Shown: piece by piece, positions 1 to 12,620 of the stretch | Numbering within the stretch: position 1 is the stretch's first letter | How the letters are laid out: the number at the start of each line of letters is the position of its first letter | Assembly (NCBI GenBank): GCA_013265495.1 | Contig: MU058337.1 | Coordinates: 4,444,716-4,508,715 of the forward strand | DNA length: 64,000 nucleotides | Origin: Vicugna vicugna | Taxonomy: Eukaryota | Direction of reading: 5' to 3' | Translations under genes and position numbers: made by a program | The notes under the pieces: generated by a model | Seen by the model: only the letters and a program-made list of their open reading frames with translations | Database searches by the model: none | What the model was told of the DNA's origin: nothing

Positions 1-3000
1 GACTGCCCTGTCTACTTTCAGCACAACACACGTGGTGGCGGCTGGGTTAGGTCCCGCTGGCTCAGAGAGCCGTCAGCAGAGCTGAGGTAAGACAGCGGAC
101 AGGAACCAGCCCTTAAATGAAACCAGGCACAAAGAGCTTTAGGAACCGTCCTTCACGGACTCCAGGCAGAAAACCATCCACCTGCTTAAGAAATCAGACC
201 AAAGCCACGCCCGGGCCTTTAGACCAGTTTCGGACAATTGTGACGCACAGTTTGGGCCCTGCTTCCTGCTGCTGCTTTTAGAACTGACTTCATGAACCCA
301 CAGTGTACGCAGGCCCTCGCAGCTAGATGAGCCACACAGAGCCCTGGTCTCATGTTTACAGCCTCAGGTAAACGTTTATTTTTCACAGAAAGCTACCTAG
401 TACGGCTGTCCTCCTGCCTGCTCTCTCCTCATTTTATTAACTTTTCCATTTTTAAAATATATATTCCAAACACTTAGAAGACAGTCTGATTAAAACTAAG
501 TAAATCTAAAATTAAAAAGTCATAAATGAAACGCATATCATTTAAGGGTCAATATTATGTGTTCAGATCTTTTTGCTCATTTTCTAAATAAGACCTGCGC
601 TTTAAAAGCTACGGAAGCCAATCACAGCTGCTACAATGAATGAGCGGAAGCACCAGCGCAGTACAGAGGGCACCGATTATACGTCCTAGGGATATTTCAT
701 TAACAAACTGCAACAGTTTGGAAAGAAGAATCTCTGAAACCACTGGTTTGTTTTTATGTATACTCCTATGTGTGTCTAAGATGATTTATGGTATCTCAAA
801 AAAAAGACACAGAATACAGCAAGACATAGGAAACCGAACACTTATAGGCAAAGTGAGGTAACGAGAAAACAAGCAGTGTACCACAGGGAGTCAGAACGGA
901 GCCTAACAGGTGATGCGCAGGCCACCAAGTCTTCTGCATCTGCCAGCGAGCAGCACTTTTGATTCCAAAACGTAAGTAAGTGGTCAGCATCCAGGCTGGA
1001 ACTCGCTCTCAGGGCCCCCTCTCTCACACAGCCCACCACACACTCTGCATTTCTAGCAGCTCCTCCATCATCCTCTGATCTCTCCTTTCTACCTTCATCC
1101 CCTCTCCTACCCTCCGCTCAGCCAACGTATGCTGAGCCTTCAATGAAATCTTTCTTGACGCTTCCTAGCTGGGTTCAGATGTTCCCGACACTTGCTTCCA
1201 GAGTCTGGAGTCCGTGGAGTAGATTCTAGAGAGTCTACTTGGTACAAAGAAGGAATCTGCCAAATGATGAATGAATGAATCAACATCTTTAACAACACTG
1301 TCACAGCAAATACTGTGACACATCTCACAGAGCGTATCTTACAGCCACCATCAACATGGAGTGACTCAACAGTTCAAGCACCGTATCAAAATACAATTAC
1401 ACAATTTAGTGACTTCACTAAATAACTCCACAGAAGGCAAATGTGGACATGGCGCAAGATTACACGTTTCTGAAGGTCTGGTTGGTTTAACTCAAGGGAC
1501 AGTTGTTAGAATTGAGAAAGGGAGTATGAACATGAGGTCTGTGGGCAGGATTAGATTACGTGTGGGGGCTGGGGAGGGAGAGGTTTTGGGTTACAAGTTC
1601 ACGAACATTTTTCATACATTTCTTTGTCCAGTTTTTTTATGGAAAGAATCCACACTTTTCATTGAACTCTCAAAGGAAACCTGAAGTAACAAGGTCAAAC
1701 ACCACTGAAAAGCAACCAATCAATGGTCTTTCCTTTGCGCAATCCTCCAAAAATAGTTTCTCTAACCAGTTTTTGCTCCATATTGAGTGACATGTTTGAC
1801 ACCACACATCCTGACAAGTACTTGAGTACAGTTACACTAGGTCACCTGGTAAGTGCAGAGACAAGGATTTATCAATTAGCAGAACTGGGGCGGCGGGCGG
1901 GGGGCACACCCGATATTCTTGGTAAAAGCAAAACAAACAAAAAAAGCAGGCACTTAAGGTCACTTTACCTCCCCTCAGAAATGGCTGGCATTTCTGAAAT
2001 GAGAACACTTGGAGAGAGAGTCTAAATTTGCCTTAGGTAATTTGAGATCTTTTAAGATTTGCTTCAAAAAAGTCTGGACCTAACTCTGAGACGGGGCAGG
2101 GGAACTGAGGCTCTACACAATATACAATACGGTGCAAAAAAAAAAAAAAAAGGCTAGGTTATTTCCAGTAGCAGTTGAAAGTATGACTCTGCTGTATTTT
2201 TCATTTATTACACTGACATTTTCTAAAATGTTTTCTAGCTCTCAGATTTCATTTCACTTGACGTTTGATTAAATTTCATTTCCAACACAAAAAATTCTAC
2301 AAGATGTCTTAGAATACTGTCCAGAAACTATTATTACATTGTATCCCTTGCTCCGTCAACTGCCTTAGAAACCAATGGAAATTTCTGGAAACACACTGGC
2401 ACCCTGAACAGCCTCATCCCCAACCCCCTTCCCCTGGGACAAAGTAGTCTGTGGTGTCTTCAGCAGCTGTAGGAAACACTTTAACTGAAACCACCCATCG
2501 TTCCACTACCCAACCCCTGCTAATATTACAGTATTCCTTTACGTCCCTTTGCATCCTTTGCAGTAAATTTTCCACATGTACTGAATTTTGTACCTGGTAT
2601 TTCCCTCACAGTTAACCTTGCCTCCTCTCCCACAATAAATCTGACCAAAGGTTTATCACTTGGAATGACTGTTTCCTGTGAGACCACACGGTGGCTGTAC
2701 CAAAATTTACCGTTATGTTTGATCGAATTTTAATATTACAAACACTTGATCAAAGCTTCTGGAAAGCTTTGGAAAAAACTGTTCACAATGAGTACACACC
2801 TGCCTATGTACACACATCAAAACACACCAGAACACACAGACAAACTGCGCGAATATTTACTATCATCTGGATAGAAATATTGTTCTATGCAAGTGTTTTG
2901 TCACCACTTTAGTCCCAAATGGAGCAGGGGTTTCTTATTCAATTGGAAACTTTATATTCCCATTATGAAAGATGAGTTAGTGCCCACATCTGCGGGAGGA

Positions 3001-3349
3001 AAGCCCTCTTTTAAGTTGGTGCATTGTAAACTAAACAGCTGGAGACAGTAATCAAGTTGCCGTATCTTGCTCTCTATTTCCCACATCTCGGGGAACAATT
3101 CTTCGCATATGAGCAGGCACTCAAAACTACAGAACAGTTCCTGATGTCAAGTTTCAAGGAAGGGTCCCTGGTTTATTGCAGGGACCCTAAATGTCTGTAT
3201 TAACAACATATTCCTGCTTCTACACATGGTAATTCAAGAAGACACACTAGCCATAATGCCAAGAAACACACCTGCAGTGTACAAGTCACTAAGAAAGTGG
3301 AAAATACATGACAGGTGACTCAGCATAAATCATCACCATTAGCAGCAGT

Positions 3350-3520
3350 AGAAGCAGCAGTGACAGCTTACACTTATCTAGTACCTACCATGTCTAGAAA
3401 CAGCAAATTTAATTTTCACAAAACCCTCTGAGTCGGTACTATTGCTATCCCAACTAACAGATGAGGAAATAGGCCTAAAGGGGTGCAGATAAAGCATTCC
3501 AGGTCACTCAGCTAGGATTC
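3350..3520. mobile_element. MIR SINE remnant
   Basis: MIR core-like acagatgaggaaataggc...ggtcactcagctagg. Confidence 0.55.
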
Positions 3521-3969
3521 CCTCTCAGAACCGAGCTCTTCTCTGCTGTACACACTGCCCTGTCTCCACCGGTAAACCTTTATTCAACCTCCTCTCTGTC
3601 CTTGAAACCTTCATAACAGACGCTTTGCAACTTTCTCTTGCGCTTACTCTCCAGACCACCCAGTTTCAATCAGGAACGTTTCTACATATACCCAGTGATC
3701 AATCTGCTAATATCTGTTTGATGACTATTATCTGGTTAATGAAATAGCTTCTTTAAAACAGATACAGGTCAGCTTTAGTGTGTAAAATACTAACAGGTTC
3801 AAAAGTCTTATCCAAAACTACACAAAAGCCAATTTGGCTCTCAAATAGCTTTGCTTAGTGATATTAATGTCACATAAATCAAATCTCTGGACAGTTCTCA
3901 GCGTTTACTGTTCTTCAGAGTAGATAAAAACATTTTTAAATGACGATCTATAAAGTACATACAGCTTAC

Positions 3970-4094
3970 CTCCAGGTTTCACCATCATGCCACACCAAGC
4001 AGTCATATACAGGGCCAGGATCACTGTATTTTTTCTCAAAAGAGTTTAGCAATTCCACTTGACTCTGAAGCTCCTCCTTGATTAGTTTATTTGC
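3970..4094 (-). CDS. TPP2: TPP2 coding exon 5 (125 nt): [41 protein letters not shown](R)
   Basis: Translated by hand. Acceptor gattag|GCA, donor GAG|GTAAGC (phase 2). Confidence 0.95.
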
Positions 4095-4859
4095 CTAATC
4101 AATTTGAATATACATTAGTATTAGTACATTCTGCGCTCCTGAAAAGTGGAATTACTTACAACCAAAGACATAGTGTTACCAAGAGTAAACTCTTTTCACC
4201 CTGAAAAAATGTTAAGAAAATCTTTTTATATGTATGCAACTTATAGTTCAATTTAGTAGCTGGTACCAATTAAAATATTAAACAATAAGAAAGTACTTCT
4301 TGTACTCACTACATTCAGTCACTCACTACATCTGCTTTGGGAAAGACACCGCGCCACACGCTGGTGCTGTCATTTGGCCAAGGGTGTTGGTCGCATACCT
4401 GTATGTAACCTGGATAATCCATTTCCAAAAGTAACACTAAAATTTCTGTAAAATAGTTTATCTACTGACTTTTAGATTTTTATATCAGGACCGTTTCCAC
4501 TTCAAATTTGTTTCTTAAGAACCCAAATAAATAACAGGAACCATGAATCATCTTATCTCTTTTAGAATTTGCTAAGTTAAATACATACTATACTCATGAG
4601 TACATACAAGCTGCTATTCAACCATTCTGAGCTATAAAATGAGAAATTCATATGCTTCAACCCAAGTATTTTTCAATGACATGTTATATTAGAATGCTCT
4701 AGATTCACCTGAATGTAGGACTCAAGTGAATAAAACTTTAATGTTCACATGCTCCCCAAATCCTAAGTTGTGCTTCATTTTTATTTATTCAATATATTCT
4801 AAGAACTCTTAATTCTTTAAGAACATGGTTATGTTTAAATGAAAGCGACTAGCACCGAC

Positions 4860-4964
4860 TTGAGAAGGGCAGCTGTTGGCCACGTCGAATTCCTCCTGCT
4901 TTCTACAGGCTTCTGCAAGGGCCACTCTGTGAGCAGGGTCCCAGATTTTTTCCTTCCGTTCTTT
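4860..4964 (-). CDS. TPP2: TPP2 coding exon 4 (105 nt): [35 protein letters not shown]
   Basis: Translated by hand. Acceptor ttttctatctttgcag|AAA, donor CAA|GTCGGT keeps phase 0 into exon 5. Confidence 0.94.
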
Positions 4965-5979
4965 CTGCAAAGATAGAAAAATTATCTTACAATGAGGCTG
5001 ACATTCAGGTAAATTTAGAAGTCACTTATACAGGAACCTAGTTATCAGCTGCGATGCTATACAACTCTCACAGAGGTTTAAAAACAATTGTTTATAATCA
5101 AGTTGATAAAGCAATGGATCAGTTGATTAAAAATGGAGTAGTTAATTCACCACACCTAGGTTTTAAGAGAACAAGTTTACCAAGGCACACCCAGTGTATT
5201 TTCATATAACATACACCCTAATTTAAATCCTTCCATTCTCCACGAGTAGGTAATACCATGTCAGATTACTGACTGAATTCTCAGTCATTTGAAGAAAAAG
5301 AAAGTACCGTGTTCTGGGCCCTTACAGAACTGGGAAATGCCTTCAGCCAAGTGCAAGCAGGGGACGGGGTAAGACTGCAGCTGCATTTTCATGGATACGC
5401 AGGCCTTCTCAAGCGCCTCCCTCTCCACCTTACTTTTTTCCTACCCTCTTTGACTTGATAGGGTTCTTTGCTACTGAAAGTGGTCTTACCTTCACCTCTG
5501 GTGTCTTTAACCCATAGTGCCTCCCAGTGGAAGTCTGCTAGTTAAAGAAATCCTTTCGAAAGAAATAATCAACTCAACAGAGCTAAGGAAGGGGATCTGC
5601 CTTAACTTAACCACTCTATTTGCATGTTAATTTGTACCTTAACACAGTTGATTAAATTTTATATAGTGCATAAAAATACTGTGCTATCTAGGTGCATTTC
5701 AGCCTGAAATTTTAAAATAAAATAGTATCCAATAAGAGTTCAGTTATGTGCATTTACTTTTTGTAATTCTTTTTCAGAATGATTAGAATCTGACAAAATA
5801 AGGTTATATACATAAAATGCTGAATAACTTCTTAAGGGTTCACAGGCCCCTGGAGAAGCAAGTCACAGTACCGTGACCAGGTAAGAGGGCCCACAGGTCT
5901 TGGCCAGCAGGCTCCTTTGCAAGGACTACATCTTGTTTTACAGCTGAAACCCTGATCTTTATCAGCACCTGGTGTTAGC

Positions 5980-6190
5980 AGTCTGCTAAAGCAACTGCCA
6001 AATGTGACCGCCACCGGCCACATGTTGCTATCAAAACTTAAATATGAAAATACCGCATAAACTTTCATTTTCTTCGTAATACTTGCCACATTTTGAGTTC
6101 TCAAGAGCTATGGGTGGCTCGTGGCTATTGTAATGGACAGATGACGAACATTTCAAGCACGTCCAGCATCACGGAAAGCCGACTGTGCTG
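5980..6190. mobile_element. hAT-Charlie MITE (MER3/MER33-like)
   Basis: ggccacatgttgctat...gccacattttgagttctcaagagctatgggtggctcgtggctattgtaatggacag, the palindromic pattern typical of MER3. Confidence 0.55.
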
Positions 6191-6718
6191 TTTTAAAGCA
6201 GGCCCCTTATCACACAAGTTACCGTTCTTATCTCTCTAATGACAGACTGTTTCCTATACTTTGCCTGCTTTAGGTCTGAGTAATCCTTCCCCTAATACTG
6301 AAGGATGACTAACTGGCAACAAGAAAGTGAGTTAAATGGTAAGAAAATGGAATAAATCACCACGGAACTGACATGGACAGGAATAGACAAGGCAGCCCAG
6401 CTTCAAGTCGATGGTCTTTCACCTTCCTCAAGTCACAAAGCCCTTCAAAGCCCCGAAGAAAGCAAATCCCATCTCCCGGAAGAATGCAAATACACAGCAT
6501 CTGAATATCCACAGCATCTTCACAGGTTCCCTAAGCTCATCCATGCATCCAAGATTAAGAACCACGAACGGGTAACATTCTGTGGACCAGAATCTTCCTT
6601 GAAACAGCCATCACTTCCAGACCCCCAAATAAGTAAGAGTTAGCGAGATTTTATGAAATTTTTCCCTCCATAAGAATAAAACTCGAGAAGAGGTCATTGA
6701 CACTATTTTGTACATTAC

Positions 6719-6814
6719 CTGTATCCTTTCCTTGAGAGCCTTTGGATAGAAATCATAGCCATTTTTTATGCCAATGTGATATCTGCCTGAGGGATTTGTC
6801 CAGTTCGCAGGAAT
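6719..6814 (-). CDS. TPP2: TPP2 coding exon 3 (96 nt): [32 protein letters not shown]
   Basis: Translated by hand from the reverse complement. Acceptor tttttttctgtag|ATT, donor CAG|GTAATG. Confidence 0.96.
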
Positions 6815-7740
6815 CTACAGAAAAAAAGTAAGTTTTTCACTCACTAAATGCTTCCCAATTCCAGTGATGCAGCACCGGGGACAAAGGTATTTTACTCCGA
6901 TCCTAATGGCTCAAATTAGATGAGCAGGCTTATATTATTAGAGCAGTATTTTAAATATTCTAACTTGCCACTTCATACCTCTCCATCAATAGGATGGTTT
7001 AACCAGAATACCTTTCATTTATACAATGCTATACAGTTTATAAAGTGCTTTCAACATCACATTACACCACTAAGATCTTCAGTTCCCAGCCATCAGTGAC
7101 ACCTCACCTCCTTGCGCCACTCCATCCTACTGCCCATCAACAAGGGGAGGGGAGGCAATTTACAGAACCTCTCCATGCTGAGGTTTCCTGTTGAAAAAAA
7201 GTCCTTCACTCTTCCCCACAACACCACAGGGATAGGCCCAGATACCACAAAAAGAGCTCTTTGAGTTCTTAAGAAGAAAGGTCTATAAAAGCATGTTAAT
7301 TACATGTAACATCTTATAATAGTCTTTCCAACTATCTCAAAGTATTTAAAAATTACACTTCAAGCTTTTAGTTAACAGACTGATGCAAAGAGTATGCCCA
7401 GTTTACAAATGGAGAAAGCAAAGACATAAAAAGAAATCAAATTGCTGGTCCAAACCACAGGAAAGTTGACAAGGAAACTGAAATCTAGTTCCATCAAGGA
7501 GACAAGAATTCAGTATAAAGGATGTGGTCAGATAAACCTGGCGGTGAGTCCAAACTCTACCACGAACCAGGAAGAACCCCCAGGCTTCTGCTTTCTTACA
7601 TGCAAAAGGAATAATCCTTACCTTATGATTCCCACGAATAATAAAATGCACTGAACATCAGCCACCTGAAATGTCAATCAAGGAAATGTGGAATATCCAT
7701 TTTCTTGTAATCACAGGACCAGTCATTTAAAAAGTTTTTA

Positions 7741-7854
7741 TGTTGTGTTTTTGTTTTTTGGGGGGGAGGGAGAATTAGGTTTATTTGTTTATTTATTTTT
7801 AATGGAGGTACTGGGGATTGAACCCAGGACCTCTACCACTGAGCTACACCCTCC
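7741..7854 (-). mobile_element. Vic-1-type tRNA-derived SINE with an internal deletion
   Basis: Reverse-complement B box (ggggattgaacccagg) and A box (taccactgagcta), plus an AT-rich tail with the ggggggagg..aattaggttt motif. Confidence 0.8.
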
Positions 7855-8658
7855 TTGCTAAAAACAGCTTGTAAATGTGCACAGGTTATAAGGTTGCACT
7901 ATCCTGCCCACAGAGCTGGCTGACTCACGATGCTCAGTTGTGCAGCACTGCTAACTGACCCATTCCCAACGGCCCCTTTGTCAAACCATTTCCCAGGTAG
8001 GAAGGCTCTGGCTGCAATTTTCTCACAACGAAACAGAAGGAAACACTCACACACAGAACCTCAGCAGTCTACTGACTTTACAAAGCCTGCACATCAGTAG
8101 CCATTTCTGAATCAACTGGATGTCTGGAGTATGTGAAATTTCCCATATGTTGGTATACAAACTAGCACTGTTCGCTAAAAACTTACCGGCCTTCTTTAGA
8201 GAACAGGGCTAACTCTAATGCTCTCACAACAGCCCAACAGTGACACAACAACAACAATAACAAAATGTTGCAACAACAAAAAGGCAAGTCGTCACTAGCT
8301 GGCAAATTCAAAGACTGTTTAATCACAGGTATCTCACTACACAGGTGGCTTTGTAACCTCATGCTAGTGACAACTTCTTTGTGCAAACAGACTACCTGTG
8401 AAATGTCAAAGGATTCAACAGAATAACTGATTAAAATAACTGCAAAATAATCAGGTGTTAAGATATAATCACAATTACTTAAAATATACAATAGAATAAA
8501 AATAATCCAATAGACATAATCTATATTAATTAAAAATAGACCAAATTCTGCAGGCCCATGAAACCAGATACTTCTGAAATCACTCACAGTAGAGGCAGAC
8601 TAGTTACTTATAAAAACTAAACTAAACTAAAATGAAATCAGAAAATAAAAATTATTTA

Positions 8659-8740
8659 GGCAGGAAATAGCTCAGTGGTAGAGTGCGTGCTTAGCATGCA
8701 TGAGGTCCTGGTTCAATTCCCAGTACCTCCATTAAAAAAC
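8659..8740 (+). mobile_element. Vic-1-type tRNA-derived SINE (short form)
   Basis: tagctcagtggtagagtgcgtgcttagcatgcatgaggtcctggttcaattcccagtacctcc plus A tail; aaaaattatt repeated on both flanks. Confidence 0.85.
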
Positions 8741-9019
8741 AAAAATTATTCATAGTAATGGTTCTGCTAGCTAACCTTAACCAGTTCAGAGTACAGCTAA
8801 CCGCTCTGAGGCAATTACGGAATGCATCATTCTACATATTTGAGTATCCTATACAAATGAAGTTATTTTTGGTCTCTTTTAGAATCAAAGTGTTTTATTT
8901 TGACCATTTTAAGCTGCTCTCTTTAAAAGAGTTTTAATAATGTGATAACTATTCACAATTTAGGGTCAGGAAGGATTTCTTTTTTTTCTATCAAATATAA
9001 TTCTAAAAAACTCAATGCG

Positions 9020-9322
9020 GTCGATCATATTTACTCAGATATCTACTGTTTCTTTTGCTCTCCATTTCTGCTGTTTCACGTTTTCTTCCTGTCTGAAAAG
9101 CCTCTTTTTCACTGCTCTTTTAAAGCGTATCTGCTGGCTACATGCTTTATTTACTTCATCTGGGAACGTCTTTATTTCACCCCTCTCCCCTGACACATAA
9201 CGTATTTTCACTGGACACAGAATCTGGAATTGATAGATCTTTTCTTTCTGCAGTGGAGAGATGTGCCCATCTTTCTGGCCCCCGTCGTTTTGATGGGAAG
9301 GCTAAAGTCATCTGACTCTTTT

Positions 9323-9353
<31 letters not shown>

Positions 9354-9860
9354 CTGGCGTATATATATATATAAAATGAGTCACTTTTCTCTGGTCATTT
9401 TCAAGACTTTTTTTCTTTGTCTTTCACTTTTAACAACGTGATTAGGATGTTTCCGGGCATGAATTTCTTTTCATCTATCTTATTTGAGGTTCACTCAGCT
9501 TCTTGAACTGGTGTCTCTGCCAAACTTGGGAGACTCTCGGCCACTGTTTTTCCAAATATATTTTTTTCAGCAGCACACTCCGTCTCTTCTTTCTTGGGGT
9601 CAGATGTACAAATATTTGACCATTTGTTATTGAGCCACAAGTCCCTAAAGCTATGTTAGTTATTTTTCAGTTTTTTCTCTTCATTATTCAGAACAGCTGT
9701 TTTCCACTGACTGACCTTCAAGTTCACTGACTCAGACAGTCTCCTGTCATCTCCATTCTACTGCATCGGTCCAGTGAGGCTTCCTTAAAATCTCAGTCAT
9801 TGTAAACTTCAGTTCTAAAATTTCTATTTGAGTGTTTTTTTTCCTTAACAGCTTCTTCAC
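9020..9860 (-). mobile_element. Old L1M fragment (5'/ORF1 region, antisense) with an embedded (TA)n
   Basis: T-rich L1M antisense signature such as tttctctggtcattttcaagactttttttctttgtcttt and ggttcactcagcttcttgaa. Confidence 0.6.
9323..9373. repeat. Interrupted (TA)n microsatellite
   Basis: About (TA)13, then cacatctggcg, then about (TA)7. Confidence 0.9.
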
Positions 9861-9869
9861 CTCTGTTGA

Positions 9870-10140
9870 GAGTATCAGTTATTGCTGTGTAACAAATCAC
9901 CACAAACCCAGTGACTCAAAGAACACACATTTACTATCTCACACATTGTGTCCATCAGAAGCTGGCAAAGCTTAGCTGGATCCTCGACTTGGCTTCAACC
10001 CAGGTGCTGGCCAGGGCTCTACTCTCACCTGGAGCTTGACTGGTGATGGGTTTGCATCCAAGCTCACCCAGGCTGTTAGAGGTTCCTTCCCTCTGTCTGT
10101 AAGACTGAGGGCCACTGATTCTCACTGGTTGTCAGTCAGA
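9870..10140 (-). mobile_element. MaLR MLT1 LTR fragment
   Basis: tattgctgtgtaacaaatcaccacaaacccagtgactcaaa is the reverse-complement MLT1 3' end. Confidence 0.65.
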
Positions 10141-10144
10141 GTAA

Positions 10145-11195
10145 GGATTTCTTAAGACTTAAAAAAAGCCCTAATCAAAAAGGCCAAAGATTGACAATCA
10201 ACTACATCAAATTTTAAAATTCTAATCATCAGAAGACATCATTTGGAAAGTGAAAATATGAGTACAGAGTGGAAGAAGACACTCCAAAAACACGCAACCC
10301 AAGGGCAGGTATATGGAAAACATACAAGGAAATCCCACAAATCAGTAAGGAAACGGCAAATCAGTGTTAAAAACAAAGGGCAAATGAACTCAAACTGGCA
10401 CTTCACAAAAGAGGAATCCCAAACATCTAAGCAACATGTAAAAAGGTGCTCAGTCTTATTAATTAGAGAACTGCAAATTAAAACCATGTGATACACCAAG
10501 ATTCCCAGCCTATCTGCAAAAATTAAAAAGCCTAAAAACACCAAGTGTTAGCAGTGCAACTATTAAAGCTCCCATATACTGCTAGTGGAAATGTATTTTA
10601 GCACAAAGACTTGGAAAAGCTTTTTGGCATCACCTAGTAAAGGTGTATCTTGATGACGCAGCAATTCTGCCCCTAAGTACACATCCTGGAGGCATCTGAA
10701 CATGTGTACACAGGATGTGTTTACAAGAGTGCTCTCTGAAGAACTGCTCGTAACAGTCCCAAACTGGAAACAACTCCACCGTTCACCAGCAGAATGGACA
10801 GAGCCAAATGTCTACAAACCGTGCGGTAAGCACAGCAACAAAATGGAACAAATCCTCACTCCATGCAAATCATGGCTGACTCTCATGAGTCTCACAAACA
10901 CAGGAAAATACGACCTGAAATGACACATAAGTGAGGCCACTCATGTAAAGGTTACAAACAGGACAATATATTCCATGTAGAGATGGTAAAACCACAAAGG
11001 AAAACAGAGAAATGATTATCATGGAAGTCAAAGTGCACTGTGCTCTGGACAACACAGGAAGCTCTGAGGCATGGCAATACTCTGTCTTATCTTATCTGGT
11101 GGTGGATAAAACGGTGTTCGCTTTAATTATTCACTAAACTGTACACAAGAGTTTCATGCACTTTTTTTAATGCCTGTACATTTTACCATGGAAGG
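10145..11195 (+). mobile_element. Old L1 (L1ME-like) ORF2 3' end and 3' UTR
   Basis: Degenerate ORF2 peptide NWHFTKEESQTSKQHVKRCSVLLIRELQIKTM (ORF 10243..10491), followed by L1 3' UTR-like sequence. Confidence 0.8.
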
Positions 11196-12139
11196 TTTTA
11201 CATTTCTATTCACTTTTCTGCTTCTACTTGCTCCTAAGAGCACCAATGGCCATAAGTAACTGGCCACCAGCTTCTCAAGAAGATGTAGAAACAGCATTCT
11301 AGAGAATGAGATGATGAATGTTCACAGCATCTAACTAGTGCTTGATCTTAAACTGCGAGAAGAATGGGACGTTACTGTCAGCAATTTATGGGCTTTGGAA
11401 GAAGCAGAATTAGAATACAGGTATTTAATTAATTTCAAAGCACAGTTAAATCACAGACACTTGAAGACTTTACTGTGTTGCTTCCTGAAAATTGTGTACT
11501 AAAGAGTTTTGAGACCCTATTAGCTAGAATCCTAGTGACTAATAACATTATCCTTTTTAATGACTACTGCAAAATATCTGAATACCTGCACATCCTCAAA
11601 AAAACCGACTGACTGTGTGTGCAGGTGTGTCCTGTGTATAGATGGAGAAGGCAACTGTAACCAAGAAGTTGGTGGAAAGTCTGTAGGAGGAACAATCAGA
11701 CTCTCGCTGTCCACCCAGCATCCTGCATGAAGCTGACCAGCCAGGCAACTGTCCCTGTTTGAACCAAGAAGAGCTGGGATGTCAACTTTCTGGACAGGCT
11801 TACCCAGCAGAGGCAAGACAGGAGACACAACAAAGAGTCTGTAAGAGATCTCCCCGGGCACCTGTCAGGGAGGGAGTCCCCGAACCCTGGCGGCCAGGCT
11901 TATCTCTCACTCCTCCCACCAAGCCCCAGGCCAAACATGCTAAGGCCCTTTCTGAGGTAATTGGTCACTTCAATGGGAAAAATATACTATCTACTGAGAT
12001 CCTGGGGTCTCCCACGACAGTATCATTACCCCAGAGGGAGACTCACACCAGACTCTCCACAGAGAGCACTTCCAATCACCTTTGCGTGTGCTTTGTTCAA
12101 TCAGAGACAGCGGGGGTGGGTAGACGCCCGAGGAAAAGC

Positions 12140-12265
12140 TCTCAAGGAAAAAGCAGAGCACAAGGAAGAAGAGGCGGCAGGGAGGGAGGAGGGGGTGCAA
12201 GAGGAAGAGGAGGAGGAGGAAGGAGAACTCGAGGCGGGGGGTAAAAAGAAAAGGAAGAGAAGAAA
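12140..12265. repeat. Purine-rich (GGA/GAA) low-complexity tract
   Basis: Almost pure G/A run on the plus strand. Confidence 0.8.
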
Positions 12266-12319
12266 TCATTGGATAAAACTTTTCAGGACAATGGTATTTT
12301 CAGATAAAATGTTGCGTAC

Positions 12320-12620
12320 ATGATACAAAAATATGCTCTGAGTGAACATGAACAGACTTCTGCAATTAAACATAGGCAAAATTTAACAAAATTCAATACA
12401 TGGTCCGAAGAAAAAGTTGAGAAAATCTGGGAACTCTCAGGAAGGAAAAAAACTAACAAAAGCAATGAAGAAAAGGTGGAAAACATAAGAAAACTGGAGG
12501 ATCAACTCAAGAGTTCTAGTATCCGATCACCAGGAGTAGCAGATAAAAGAACAGCAAAATAGTGGGAGGAAGTAATAACCTAAGAGACAACGCAAGAAAA
12601 TTTCTCAGAAATGAAGGATC
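12320..12620 (+). mobile_element. Old L1/HAL1 ORF1-like fragment
   Basis: ENIRKLEDQLKSSSIRSPGV resembles the L1 ORF1p motif DxxRRxNIRIIGV; followed by caagaaaattttctcagaaatgaagga. Confidence 0.55.

Noticed and set aside
1299..1320. Inverted repeat tgtcacag-caaata-ctgtgaca
   Set aside because: An 8-bp stem is expected by chance in 64 kb and has no supporting context.
1..3969. TPP2 exon 6
   Set aside because: No TPP2-like reading frame found; the exon is presumably left of the window.
8659..8740. Possible tRNA gene (A and B boxes present)
   Set aside because: A-rich tail, flanking duplication and five diverged relatives in the window show it is a SINE.
11759..12323. ORFs with poly-Glu or Gly/Arg runs and an NLS-like KKKRKRR
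   Set aside because: Translation of a purine-rich simple repeat in intron 2.
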